Virus record (IMG/VR): IMGVR_UViG_3300007735_000799
Coordinates: 55,267-119,266 of that record
DNA: 64,000 bases
Source of the DNA: a virus
Reading direction: 5' to 3' (one strand)
In this document: one piece after another, positions 26,016-35,487 of the stretch
Numbering within the stretch: the first letter of the stretch is position 1
How the letters are laid out: the number at the start of each line of letters is the position of its first letter
The notes under the pieces: model-generated
Database searches by the model: none
Told to the model about the DNA's origin: nothing
What the model saw: the letters and a program-made list of their open reading frames with translations, nothing else
Position numbers and translations under genes: made by a program

Positions 26016-27296
26016 TTAGAACGGGCACTTGGTGGAGTTCACCGGCGCGACGGCTTCCTGCGGAGCCTTGCCGAGCGTATCATCCTTCGGGGCGTTCGCG
26101 GGATCAATCTTCTGGAACAAGGAGAGCATCGCCTCGCGGGTCACCTCATCGTAGATGTTGATGCCGAGTTCCACCGCAAGGGTACGCTCGCCGAGAATGC
26201 TCAGATTCTGAGCAATCTGCACAAGGCGGCGCGTGGTCATGGTTTCATCAAGACCGCCCTCGCGGTTCGTCTTGCGAATCATGCCTGCCCAATCCACGAG
26301 CAGCGCGGCGAATTCCGCGTCATCCACGCCTGCCACAGCCATGGCCTTGTTCAGAATCTTCTTCTCCACAGCCGGAGTGGGATAGTCGGCCACGAAGCAC
26401 ATGCCGCTGAGACGATCACGGAATGCAACATTCAAGGGATTCGCACCCACGAAGCGACCTGTATCATCGCCGTTGCCCTTGGTATTCGCGGTTGCGCCCA
26501 CATTGAAGCCCTCAGCAGGCTTCACCCACTGGTTAATCTTCTTGAGGAACACGGGCTTGCCGTTCAGAACCTGCTGAAGGCACATCACCTTGCTCGTGGC
26601 CTGGTCAATCTCGTCAAGCACCAGGAATCCGCCACGCATCATAGCCAAGGTGACAGGGCCGTAGATGAACTTGGTTTCGCCGTTCACAAGGCGGAAGCCG
26701 CCAAGCAGATCGTCTTCCGTGGTTTCGGTTGTAATCTGCACCTCGTAGTACTCGCGCTTCAGATCGGCGCAGGCCTGCTGATAGGCATAGGTCTTGCCGC
26801 AACCCGAAGGGCCAACCACATACGACGGGGCCCAACGACGCGAGCCGATGATACGCTTCACCGTATCGTAGTGACCATAGGCCACGAACAGCGCGTCTTT
26901 TTGAGGAATGCAGTCGCCGCACTCTGCAATCGCAGCAAGCGAGAGAGTAGCGTCAACAAGCGAATTAGAAGTCCCCTGCGCTGCGGCAGCGACCACCGGT
27001 GCAGCAGATGCGGAGGGGACGGTGACAGCCGTGGGAGACTTGCGCTCGGTCACGGGCGTCGTGTTCAGACTCTTCGCCACGGCAATCTTGTCCGCAGGAA
27101 TGCGGTAGTAGCCGCGACCGTGACGATTCGCGGGATCGTTGGTGAGCCACGCGGGATTCGCAACGCCCGCTTCACGAGCGGCGCGCAGCACCGTGGTGCG
27201 GTCAATGATGCAATTGCCGTTGCTAATCTTGAGAGCGGCGAGAATGAAAGCGGTCTGAGTGGCCGCACGATTACCGGTAGAATTCTTGGTGGTCAT
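26016..27296 (-). CDS. MoxR/CbbQ/CobS-like AAA+ ATPase
   Basis: Walker A GPSGCGKT, Walker B LVLDEID, sensor TAN, arginine finger DR, sensor-II TTRRL. Confidence 0.9.
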   Translation of the reverse strand: MTTKNSTGNRAATQTAFILAALKISNGNCIIDRTTVLRAAREAGVANPAWLTNDPANRHGRGYYRIPADKIAVAKSLNTTPVTERKSPTAVTVPSASAAPVVAAAAQGTSNSLVDATLSLAAIAECGDCIPQKDALFVAYGHYDTVKRIIGSRRWAPSYVVGPSGCGKTYAYQQACADLKREYYEVQITTETTEDDLLGGFRLVNGETKFIYGPVTLAMMRGGFLVLDEIDQATSKVMCLQQVLNGKPVFLKKINQWVKPAEGFNVGATANTKGNGDDTGRFVGANPLNVAFRDRLSGMCFVADYPTPAVEKKILNKAMAVAGVDDAEFAALLVDWAGMIRKTNREGGLDETMTTRRLVQIAQNLSILGERTLAVELGINIYDEVTREAMLSLFQKIDPANAPKDDTLGKAPQEAVAPVNSTKCPF

Positions 27297-27303
27297 TACC
27301 TAT

Positions 27304-27332
27304 AGTATAGCCTATAAACGGGGCCGTGTCTA
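27304..27332 (-). promoter_or_regulatory. sigma70-type promoter, leaderless
   Basis: TAGACA-17-TATACT-7 nt-ATG(27296). Confidence 0.8.
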
Positions 27333-27752
27333 CCCTATGGGGGCATTATACCGTCAGATTGTGCAGATTTTTATTATCGGACACAGAGTTTTTCAGCGGG
27401 AAATCGGGGGGTGCGTCCGATAATTATTTCCGTGAATAAACTTGAATAGTTATGCAAAAATATTCAGCGGTAAATTTTAAAACGACGCGATACACCGACC
27501 GCTAAGGCGAACACGATATTACGCATTCCCCCGTGGTCCGCAAGTGGGGGTAAGTGGGGCAAGGTGTAGCCGTGTGCAGATTCCTAGAGTTAAATTAAAA
27601 AATTCCCTGATATCGCTCAGAGGAAAGCGGGTTCTTCGGAATAGGTGAACCGAGTTTGCTTTCGCTCTCTACCTAGACCCGTTGACTCTTACACGGTGAC
27701 AACGCAGACGGTTAGAACTCTAGAATTCAGGAATACCGACACCTTTGTTTCG

Positions 27753-28058
27753 TTACAAGTCACCGATCCAATCACTTACAGGAGGATGCGGTTCACACCA
27801 CGGTTCCCATCCTGCGGCAACAAGCGTCTGCCATACAAGTCTACCTGTCGCCACAGGCATGGTTGACACATCTAATGGTTTTAACTGATGGTGGGCCGAA
27901 TCACTTACTTTAAAAACAACAGTTTCTCGGCTTCGGTTTTCAATGGTAATCCAGTGCGGTGTCTGCGTCAAGGGTTCCGCTACAATGAAGCGCAAGCGGG
28001 TTCCGTCACCGCCGTGTTGTGGGTTTCGCCATAAACTGTACTCTTGATGCGGTCGCAT
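27753..28058 (-). CDS. Small protein, W-x-x-L-x-x-x-G helix family
   Basis: Start MRPHQ; ATGRLVWQTLVAAGW. Confidence 0.65.
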   Translation of the reverse strand: MRPHQEYSLWRNPQHGGDGTRLRFIVAEPLTQTPHWITIENRSRETVVFKVSDSAHHQLKPLDVSTMPVATGRLVWQTLVAAGWEPWCEPHPPVSDWIGDL

Positions 28059-28064
28059 GGTAGT

Positions 28065-28093
28065 AGTATACTGTATAGACAAGCGAGCGTCAA
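28065..28093 (-). promoter_or_regulatory. sigma70-type promoter, leaderless
   Basis: TTGACG-17-TATACT-6 nt-ATG(28058). Confidence 0.85.
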
Positions 28094-28117
28094 GCGGAAC
28101 TTGGTTGAATTAAAAAT

Positions 28118-28151
28118 AAAAAACCTCAGTCCAGACTGCTCAGGACTGAGG
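28118..28151 (-). terminator. Rho-independent terminator
   Basis: CCUCAGUCC stem / GGACUGAGG followed by U tract. Confidence 0.7.
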
Positions 28152-28250
28152 CTACTATGAAGATCTAAAGGTAGCGAAGTTCCTTTTAAAGCATGAATGG
28201 CGTAGTTCGCTGGTATACACTGTCCTACACGCCAACTCAGCCCGATCATC
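28118..28250 (-). ncRNA. Candidate late small RNA (about 130 nt)
   Basis: Bracketed by TATAAATA (28253-28260) and a terminator; internal complementary segments. Confidence 0.35.
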
Positions 28251-28291
28251 TTTATTTATAATATAACTTCTTTTCAGAACAAGAGTTAAAT

Positions 28292-28318
28292 AAAAAAGCC
28301 CCGATATCGGGGCTTTTT
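28292..28318. terminator. Bidirectional terminator
   Basis: AAAAAAGCCCCG-ATAT-CGGGGCTTTTT. Confidence 0.85.
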
Positions 28319-28341
28319 CAAGGCGTGAACCTTTTAAATTA

Positions 28342-29316
28342 TCAATACGGATACTTTACATTGGATTGTGTATCACTCTGTTCTAACACCCGTGCGCCTG
28401 ATTCTTTTGCCTTTAGGCATTCCTCGTAAACCCGTGTGCCTTCCACACAACACAATATCTGCTCACAAGGCTTAGTTGTAGGAGGTGAGTCTGGCCATAT
28501 TCCAGGTTCTTGTCCAGTTTTCCTTCGGTAGGTGTCGTCGTTATTCTTGGTTGCATTTCCCGCTTCAGTTTCAGCATTAGCAGCACAAATCGCGTAACGC
28601 AGCCCGCATTGTTCTGCGGTATTATCCCATCTTTCACAACTAATCTTATCCGCATAACATTTTGCTAAATCCTGCTTTAGTTTTTGTTCTATTCGGTTGT
28701 CTTCTTGTTCCCAGTCTGCAAAAGCCTTGTTTCTACAGTTTACGCTAGCACTAATCATACGGTTTATACATTCACGAAAATCTTGACCGGTCGGTGGTTT
28801 GTATATAACAACTTCAGAACCTGAATTTTGTGAGTTTGTTGATTGCCTTGCAATAAAATTTGAAATTACAGGAGTTCCTTTAATTCCGTAATCCCGAACA
28901 GGAGTGTAGGTTCCTGCATACTGTGCGGTATCAGATATACCACCAGTTCCTATAGGGCCATTTGTATCACAACAAATTTGATACATAGTATCACCTTCTT
29001 GTGTGCAATACTGTTCATCGCAACAAGTGAATGATGCTCGAAGTTCCGCAAGATCTGTGTTGTATCTATTTTCAAAAAACGCAAACATCTGATTTCTTGT
29101 GTCCGCGCACTGAGTTGCACAACCACAAGGATCACAACCACACGCTGCAACACACAAGTAATACTCATCACTAATTTGTTGTTGCCGAGCCACCCATTGC
29201 TCTGCTAGCATTCTTTCTTGAAACGCTAACATTTGAGCACGAATAGCAAAACAAGAAGTTTTTGCTCTTTGTTTTTGAATATTGCAGTAGTATTCCCATT
29301 TACATGTGGTTGACAT
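28342..29316 (-). CDS. Cys-rich protein
   Basis: Start MSTTCKW after AAGGAG; CVAACGCDPCGCATQC and many further Cys clusters. Confidence 0.7.
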   Translation of the reverse strand: MSTTCKWEYYCNIQKQRAKTSCFAIRAQMLAFQERMLAEQWVARQQQISDEYYLCVAACGCDPCGCATQCADTRNQMFAFFENRYNTDLAELRASFTCCDEQYCTQEGDTMYQICCDTNGPIGTGGISDTAQYAGTYTPVRDYGIKGTPVISNFIARQSTNSQNSGSEVVIYKPPTGQDFRECINRMISASVNCRNKAFADWEQEDNRIEQKLKQDLAKCYADKISCERWDNTAEQCGLRYAICAANAETEAGNATKNNDDTYRRKTGQEPGIWPDSPPTTKPCEQILCCVEGTRVYEECLKAKESGARVLEQSDTQSNVKYPY

Positions 29317-29330
29317 TTTATGCTCCTTTA

Positions 29331-30335
29331 TTAAGAACTGTTTCTGCTTGGCCACGGCGGTAGACCTAGCCCTGCGGGAGGAGGCGCAGTGGGTAGTGAA
29401 TTTGTTGGTGGAACCGGATTGATTGGTGGAACCGGTTCGCCCCATGCGTCTCGAAGTTTTTTAAGAATCTCAATTAACAACTTTTGATCTATTTCAGGTG
29501 GGCCCAGCAGTGATTTTAAAAACTCTATAAGTGCTACAAGTCCACGATGATGCCCTGATAAAATTGTTAGTAAATTTATCAGTTCTTGAATAGCGTCGGT
29601 TGGACTTTTTTGTGCTTTTCGTATCAATTGTTCCATGTAACAGCGTTTTGGAGTTGAACTTTTACTGCAAGGTGGTGCAGTCAGCATTTTCTCAAAGTTT
29701 AATGAGTCGAAAAGCAAGTCTACACAACGATCACCAAATGGATCGTTTTTACAGTCCTTCCCCAAATCTTCAAGGTCTTTTAAAATGATTCTAAACGCTT
29801 CTGCCAAGCAACTAGCAAAATCTTTACATCTGTATTTGGTTTTTAAACACTCGGGACATGGTATTCGAGGAGGGCCCGAACAATCCAACATCATTCCACG
29901 ATTTTTTGGACGAATCCAAACCGAATTTAATTTTTCACACAATCCTTTTAAAAGATCGTCTTCGTTTGCAAATACACCAAGAAGATTACCGACAGAATCA
30001 CGACGAGTTTGTTCTATATCCGAAATATTACGATACGAATCAATGTAAGCGTAAGCATCAGATAAAGGCTTATACGGGTATTGAATGCTAGCAACAAGTT
30101 TACTTACAGTTGGCTCTTCAATACTTCTTTTTACAGGAGACATGCATTTTTCATACTGTTCAGCAAGTTTTTCCCATGCGTCTAATATTTTTTTACATTT
30201 AGGATCGTCTGAACGAGTGTTGGGATCATTGCAACACCCACAAACATCTTCGTCTTGACAGCAGTAGAAAAAGTACCGCAAGTCAGAAATTTGTTTTCTT
30301 AAATCATCACATTGTCTAACTCGAATGTACGGCAA
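29331..30335 (-). CDS. Cys-rich helical protein with Pro-rich tail
   Basis: TTG start after ATAAATA and AGGGGAG; CCQDEDVCGCC; PPINPVPP tail. Confidence 0.7.
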   Translation of the reverse strand: MPYIRVRQCDDLRKQISDLRYFFYCCQDEDVCGCCNDPNTRSDDPKCKKILDAWEKLAEQYEKCMSPVKRSIEEPTVSKLVASIQYPYKPLSDAYAYIDSYRNISDIEQTRRDSVGNLLGVFANEDDLLKGLCEKLNSVWIRPKNRGMMLDCSGPPRIPCPECLKTKYRCKDFASCLAEAFRIILKDLEDLGKDCKNDPFGDRCVDLLFDSLNFEKMLTAPPCSKSSTPKRCYMEQLIRKAQKSPTDAIQELINLLTILSGHHRGLVALIEFLKSLLGPPEIDQKLLIEILKKLRDAWGEPVPPINPVPPTNSLPTAPPPAGLGLPPWPSRNSS

Positions 30336-30402
30336 GACGCTCCCCTTGTTGCTAACAGTTTACAGTATTTATCTAATTTGAGTTATTGCTTTTATTTTTA
30401 AA

Positions 30403-30876
30403 TTATTGTTTATTGTTTTTCTTTGAGTTTTCCCAAAGTTCCCAAATCATCGTTGGGTTTTTTTGCACTTGATTTTTTATGTCGTTTTCCATTTTGTTTA
30501 ACGAGTCTTCAGTTGGAGTCTCTGAAAATGGAATTCCCTCATTTTCCATCCATTCTCCTCCTGTAGAATCCAAAATTTTCCATCTACTTCTTTCAGGGTT
30601 ATTGGTATCAAGGAAACTACTAGCCCTAAGAATAGAAAGACTGTTTGCTCGATAAAGGTTGTACACACTGTCGCAAAAATTTACATAATCCAAAAAATTT
30701 ACAAATTCAAATGAGTCTAACGACAAAATTAAATCTGTGTAGTCTACCGCAATTCCATCAATATAATAAACTTTACAGATCTTTATGTTTTGATTTTCTA
30801 TAAAAATTTCACAGTCATTCAAAATTACTCTATAGTTGTGAGTGACTTTATTTGTATTACTCATATTATTACTCAA
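30403..30876 (-). CDS. Hypothetical protein
   Basis: 157-aa ORF coupled to the receiver gene. Confidence 0.55.
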   Translation of the reverse strand: MSNNMSNTNKVTHNYRVILNDCEIFIENQNIKICKVYYIDGIAVDYTDLILSLDSFEFVNFLDYVNFCDSVYNLYRANSLSILRASSFLDTNNPERSRWKILDSTGGEWMENEGIPFSETPTEDSLNKMENDIKNQVQKNPTMIWELWENSKKNNKQ

Positions 30877-31271
30877 TTTCCAATAAGTTTAAAAAGATTT
30901 TTCATTGTCCAAGCCCACGGAATTTTAAATGTGTAATTTTGAGTTCTAGCAAATAAAGAAAGAATATCTTGCGCTCCAACAGAATTTGCAGAATGCACAA
31001 CAAGAAGAGTGGAATCTGAAATATCGCCGTCATCAATCTTCTGACGAACCGCTCGGGCAAAAGGCAGAGAAGTAACATACTCACCAGCAGATCCCTCTCC
31101 CAAATCGTGATCGAAACAAATCACATCATAATTGTTAGTCATCAATAAATCAAAAGCCTCCACACAAGTGTATGCAGAATCAACTCGGCAATTTGGGTTG
31201 TTTTGAATGAATGCGGCGTGACGATGTTCATCGTCATCAAGAACCAATACAATAATAGGGTGGGTATTCAC
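30873..31271 (-). CDS. Stand-alone receiver-like domain (cyclic-phosphate-processing cREC type)
   Basis: VLDDDEHR, CFDHDLG, VHSANSVG motifs. Confidence 0.75.
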   Translation of the reverse strand: MNTHPIIVLVLDDDEHRHAAFIQNNPNCRVDSAYTCVEAFDLLMTNNYDVICFDHDLGEGSAGEYVTSLPFARAVRQKIDDGDISDSTLLVVHSANSVGAQDILSLFARTQNYTFKIPWAWTMKNLFKLIGN

Positions 31272-31277
31272 ACTAAA

Positions 31278-31305
31278 AGTATATCACATTGCTCAAAACA
31301 GTCAA
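31278..31305 (-). promoter_or_regulatory. sigma70-type promoter, leaderless
   Basis: TTGACT-16-TATACT-6 nt-GTG(31271). Confidence 0.7.
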
Positions 31306-31346
31306 CTTGTTTTACAAAAATTAAAATATAAGATTTTAAATTAAAA

Positions 31347-32054
31347 TTATGCTTCCCAACCCGAAACACCCTCTCGTTGACTTATCCTCTTTACAGGATC
31401 TATTATAACTTCAGGAAATTTTATTGGAACTGGAGGAACAACTACTCCACCACCAGGTCTAATTACAGGAGGTAAAGGGGGTTTTCCATTTTGTTTACAG
31501 GCATCTTCGGCTTTCTTTCTTTTATCACAGCAATTACAAGGAATTGGTGGTGTGTTAAAGGGAGGATAATTTGTTCCAACACTTTCAGCCCATTCTTTAT
31601 TAGCAGCATCTATTTCTTTTTGATATTCTTCATAACCTTTATTGTATATGTTATTGTATATGTTGTTACATTCTTGACAAGCACGACTTTGCAGGCTACT
31701 CCCTTGATTTCCGCAACTTTTTGTTTTATATGTACAATACGGAAATTTTTCTACATCTTCAGCACAATCGTTTGAACTACACAGAGGATTACCAGGAATT
31801 CCAGGAGCGTAAACCCCGCGTCCAGATTCGCGGATGCATAGTGGTGCTTCTTGGCAGTCTATTCTAGCCTTAATTGCTTCGTGCACCACTCCAGGAACTA
31901 AAAGTTCATTGCTGTTTGGAGGCGGCTTAAATTTTCCAAACAGTTTTTCTTGAGCGAGTTTTATTCTCGCATCTCTTTTTGCTCCAGCCGCGCTTAGACA
32001 TTCCTCGTATATTTTGTCTGCATAGGATTTACAATCAATTGAGTCGAGTGGCAT
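31347..32054 (-). CDS. Cys-rich protein with Pro-rich tail
   Basis: Many Cys (CNCC, CQEC), KPPLPPV tail; ATAAATA upstream. Confidence 0.7.
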   Translation of the reverse strand: MPLDSIDCKSYADKIYEECLSAAGAKRDARIKLAQEKLFGKFKPPPNSNELLVPGVVHEAIKARIDCQEAPLCIRESGRGVYAPGIPGNPLCSSNDCAEDVEKFPYCTYKTKSCGNQGSSLQSRACQECNNIYNNIYNKGYEEYQKEIDAANKEWAESVGTNYPPFNTPPIPCNCCDKRKKAEDACKQNGKPPLPPVIRPGGGVVVPPVPIKFPEVIIDPVKRISQREGVSGWEA

Positions 32055-32113
32055 ATTAGAGGTTCCTTTAAAGGTTTTGTTTTAAATTACAAAAATATTT
32101 ATGAAAAACAATT

Positions 32114-33709
32114 TTAAACACCGATTGCTCCACCACTACTTATGATACCATCTATAACTCCAGGCAAACTGCTAAGAGAGGAAGCAAATGCTTCGTAAAT
32201 ATCTCCAAAATTACAAGGAATAAGTTCGGGATCGGGATGCCAACCACAAGCACATCTGTGAGAGTGTACAAAAACACCATACGAAGTCATAACTTGACAT
32301 GTATTAGCGTGTTTATTAGCGGGTGTATTAGCGGGTGTATCCCCCGTACAACCCGGACCACAAACTGTCCAAGTATTGATAGCGTATGATGATGGAGGAT
32401 TCACATCGCCGTTAACTAAACCACATTTTGTACAATCGGGTCCTGGTGCACTTCCTCCGTAACCGCTTCTTGGCGGGCAATTTTTCTTAAATCCATTTTG
32501 TCCAGGCGTTGCTGCAACATTAGTATTCAGGTAATTTTCATTTATATTATCGTAATAAGTTGGAATATACTTGTTGCCCATTAAAAGAGTTAATCCAACT
32601 CCTTGAACGCAAGAACCACTACCATCAGAACCTGATGAAGAATTTCCACTGCAACCATCTACATCTTTGTCACAACAGCCACTTTTTATTGCGTCTTCCA
32701 TATCGTTATAGTACTGCTCGGCGGCTGTATATCTTTCTATTTGCTCGGCATTACGAACAGTTGTTGTCCAATTTTCACATTTTTGATTTAAACATACAAC
32801 TAAATTCGCTAGTGATCCTAAAAGGATAGCGAGAGCAACATAGGGAACTGCTCTACCAGTTGCTAGTAAAAGTGTTCTTAAATTACCAATTGTGGAACCC
32901 ACTAAACCAACAAAAATAACACCAAAGGTTTTAAGTGCTCCTCTTATTCCTCCAGAGAATTTTGAGAAATTTGCTCTAATGCTTTCTTTGATGTTTTTTA
33001 ATTCGTGTTGAACCAAAGTGCTAAAAGAAGTTATGTTTCTTTTGGGTAGTGTTAACAGATATCTTAGTTTGTTTTCAATTTCTCCTTTTAGAAGCCTTAA
33101 CGCATCTTTTTCTGGATTTGTAAGTTTTCTGTTTTTCGTAGGATGCCAACCACTAAACAACATTTCTTCTATTACTTTAAGTTTTTCTCTTTGACCTAGT
33201 ATTTGCCTATCAAGATTCTCATTAAAAAATATATTTTCCAGCATTTCCTTTGTTGTAAGAGCCTTAATATTGTTTATTCTTTCAACAATCCAAGTGCTAG
33301 CACTTCCAAGAGCAACAGATAAATCTATTAGGTAAGTAAAAATAAGAGCAATACCAAATATTTTCATCAAAAAAGAAATCCAGTCTTCCAGACAGTCTAA
33401 TGCACCATATATAAAGTCTTGTGCCGCTTTTGTAATTTTACTGTTTACGGCTCCTAATCTTTTTTCAAAGTTACAATAAATTTCATTAAAAGTATCCGCA
33501 CAGTCTTTGCTTATGGTGTCGGCATTTTCTCCGATAATTGTAGTAACAGAATCTAAACTTTTACCCACATAAAGAGGAAGTTTGTTTATTGGCATGGAAT
33601 AAGGATATTCCGCGCCTTTAAAATATACAGTAGACAACAACATTCCACTTTCATAGTTTAATCCTGTCGGAATGACATTGGTATATAAAAATTGTTCAAT
33701 TCGTCCCAT
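32114..33709 (-). CDS. Cys-rich/hydrophobic paralog A of four-gene array
   Basis: Start MGRIEQFLYTN aligns with the other three; hydrophobic central helices; SGCC-GS linker-VQGVGLTLLMGNKYIPTYYDNIN core. Confidence 0.8.
   Translation of the reverse strand: MGRIEQFLYTNVIPTGLNYESGMLLSTVYFKGAEYPYSMPINKLPLYVGKSLDSVTTIIGENADTISKDCADTFNEIYCNFEKRLGAVNSKITKAAQDFIYGALDCLEDWISFLMKIFGIALIFTYLIDLSVALGSASTWIVERINNIKALTTKEMLENIFFNENLDRQILGQREKLKVIEEMLFSGWHPTKNRKLTNPEKDALRLLKGEIENKLRYLLTLPKRNITSFSTLVQHELKNIKESIRANFSKFSGGIRGALKTFGVIFVGLVGSTIGNLRTLLLATGRAVPYVALAILLGSLANLVVCLNQKCENWTTTVRNAEQIERYTAAEQYYNDMEDAIKSGCCDKDVDGCSGNSSSGSDGSGSCVQGVGLTLLMGNKYIPTYYDNINENYLNTNVAATPGQNGFKKNCPPRSGYGGSAPGPDCTKCGLVNGDVNPPSSYAINTWTVCGPGCTGDTPANTPANKHANTCQVMTSYGVFVHSHRCACGWHPDPELIPCNFGDIYEAFASSLSSLPGVIDGIISSGGAIGV
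32540..32607. repeat. 68-nt identical block, copy A
   Basis: atttatattatcgtaataagttggaatatacttgttgcccattaaaagagttaatccaactccttgaa; also at 34173-34240, 35827-35894, 37423-37490. Confidence 0.95.
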
Positions 33710-33731
33710 ATGAGTGTCCCGTTTCTTATGT

Positions 33732-35477
33732 TTACATTCCGCCATAGCCCACAGATCCTGGTCCGTTTCGGGATAACCAGTCACCAATATAGGATGCAAA
33801 ATCTGTCATTCCTTGTTTAAACAACGAAAGACCATCTGAAAGAAGGTTTCCTATTTCGTATGGTGCTGGAGGGTGTTCTACATGTCCGAAGTAGCCTCCT
33901 TCGTTAGCCCAACCCGTTTTATCGGGGTATCCACAAGCGCATTCAGGCGACGGCACTGTTAAAGACCCAAAACCCAGAGAAATTTGTTTAGTACACCCAT
34001 TCCAAGGATTGTTGTTTGGGTATGCTCGGAACTCACCACTGTCGTCAGGATCTATAATTTTTCCGTATTTAGTACAATCAGGGCCACCAATGCTTCCTGG
34101 TTTTGGAGGACAATTTGGTTTCCAACCGTTTACTCCAGGCGTTGCTGCAACATTAGTATTCAGGTAATTTTTATTTATATTATCGTAATAAGTTGGAATA
34201 TACTTGTTGCCCATTAAAAGAGTTAATCCAACTCCTTGAACGCAAGAACCACTGCCGCTGCCGAAACCACTGCCACCACCACTGCCGCCATTGCAGTCTC
34301 CGCTACCTTTATCACAGCAGCCACTTTTTATCAGATCATTGATTTCTTTTTCGTATCTAACTTCAGCACAAAATATACTATCAGGGTAATTTTTGCATGC
34401 GTTTTCTCTATCTGGTCCTAAATAATTTCCTCTTCCAACCGCTTGATCTATAGCAGATTGCCAACGACGATTGGCCTTGTCGATATTGTCTACTAGTTTT
34501 TGATAAGAGTTTAAAAGTGCTTGGACTAGTAGATACATCAAATAAACATCTAGCACATTGATAAGTAGTTTAATAGTCAACTTTAATACTAGCCAAAAGA
34601 CTTGAAGAACTGTCTTAAATCCTGATAGAATTTTTGTTATTATATTTATACTTACACTGCCTTTTCTTGCCTTTTTAACCCAATCTTTAGATAACTGTGC
34701 TGCGGAAGGTGAACTGTTTCCCCAAGTGGCAACTGCGGGAAATCTTGAAACAATATCTCTTATGAGAGAGTTAAGAATTGCTTGTCGTAAACGAAGTCTG
34801 TTTAATTCATCAAGTAATTGTGATCTTTTTGCATCGGTCATGTTAGTTCTAACAGACCGCCAATCAGGAACAGTACCTCCAGTACCACCAAGCAGGAGTA
34901 TTATTTCACTCATACGCTTTTGATTGTTTTTTAATTCTGTCGTATATGCTACCCATTCTGCTTTCATTTGACTATACTGCTGATACAAGCCAGTTGAGAT
35001 GTCTGTACGAACTACAACACCAGCGGCAACAAGAGCAGCATACTCTTCAGGAGTATTGAATGCTTCGGCAAATTTATCAGTCAAAATTGCTGGTATGTTA
35101 AAAACAGTATATAATGCAGTTGCTTCCCCCAACAGACTACCGTATTCATACAGACTATCAATAATATCATCATACCAGTTGGAATATGCGTTCCTAATTT
35201 GTATGTTAGAGGTTGCTAATGATACTTCTAATTTACGAAAGACATTATGGAAGTTATTCAAACATTCTTGAGATACATCGTCAGGATTGCCAGTCAGCAT
35301 TTTTGTTAAAGAGTCTTTTGATTTACCAACATATAAAGGTAAATTGTTGGGAAGAATTAAGTATGGATACTCAGAGCCCTCAGTTTGTACCAAAGACCTT
35401 AAAATATCAGTTTGATAATTTAATCCTGTTGGTATGTTGTTTGTGTATAAAAAATGTTCAATTCTGTTAGATTGCAT
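33732..35477 (-). CDS. Paralog B of four-gene array
   Basis: Same N-terminal and core motifs. Confidence 0.8.
   Translation of the reverse strand: MQSNRIEHFLYTNNIPTGLNYQTDILRSLVQTEGSEYPYLILPNNLPLYVGKSKDSLTKMLTGNPDDVSQECLNNFHNVFRKLEVSLATSNIQIRNAYSNWYDDIIDSLYEYGSLLGEATALYTVFNIPAILTDKFAEAFNTPEEYAALVAAGVVVRTDISTGLYQQYSQMKAEWVAYTTELKNNQKRMSEIILLLGGTGGTVPDWRSVRTNMTDAKRSQLLDELNRLRLRQAILNSLIRDIVSRFPAVATWGNSSPSAAQLSKDWVKKARKGSVSINIITKILSGFKTVLQVFWLVLKLTIKLLINVLDVYLMYLLVQALLNSYQKLVDNIDKANRRWQSAIDQAVGRGNYLGPDRENACKNYPDSIFCAEVRYEKEINDLIKSGCCDKGSGDCNGGSGGGSGFGSGSGSCVQGVGLTLLMGNKYIPTYYDNINKNYLNTNVAATPGVNGWKPNCPPKPGSIGGPDCTKYGKIIDPDDSGEFRAYPNNNPWNGCTKQISLGFGSLTVPSPECACGYPDKTGWANEGGYFGHVEHPPAPYEIGNLLSDGLSLFKQGMTDFASYIGDWLSRNGPGSVGYGGM
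34173..34240. repeat. 68-nt identical block, copy B
   Basis: Identical to copy A. Confidence 0.95.
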
Positions 35478-35487
35478 TTAAATTCCG

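Noticed and set aside
26016-27296. Calling the ATPase a cobalamin-biosynthesis (cobS) auxiliary metabolic gene
   Set aside because: Only MoxR-type AAA+ motifs are supported, and there is no CobN or other cob gene in the window
27980-28249. 89-aa ORF MIGLSW... as a real gene
   Set aside because: It crosses a strong terminator and the next gene's promoter and has no RBS
31640-32345. Short 12-nt tandem duplications (NNIYNNIYN at about 31645; TPANTPAN at about 32320)
   Set aside because: Two-copy in-frame slippage within low-complexity coding sequence, not a distinct element
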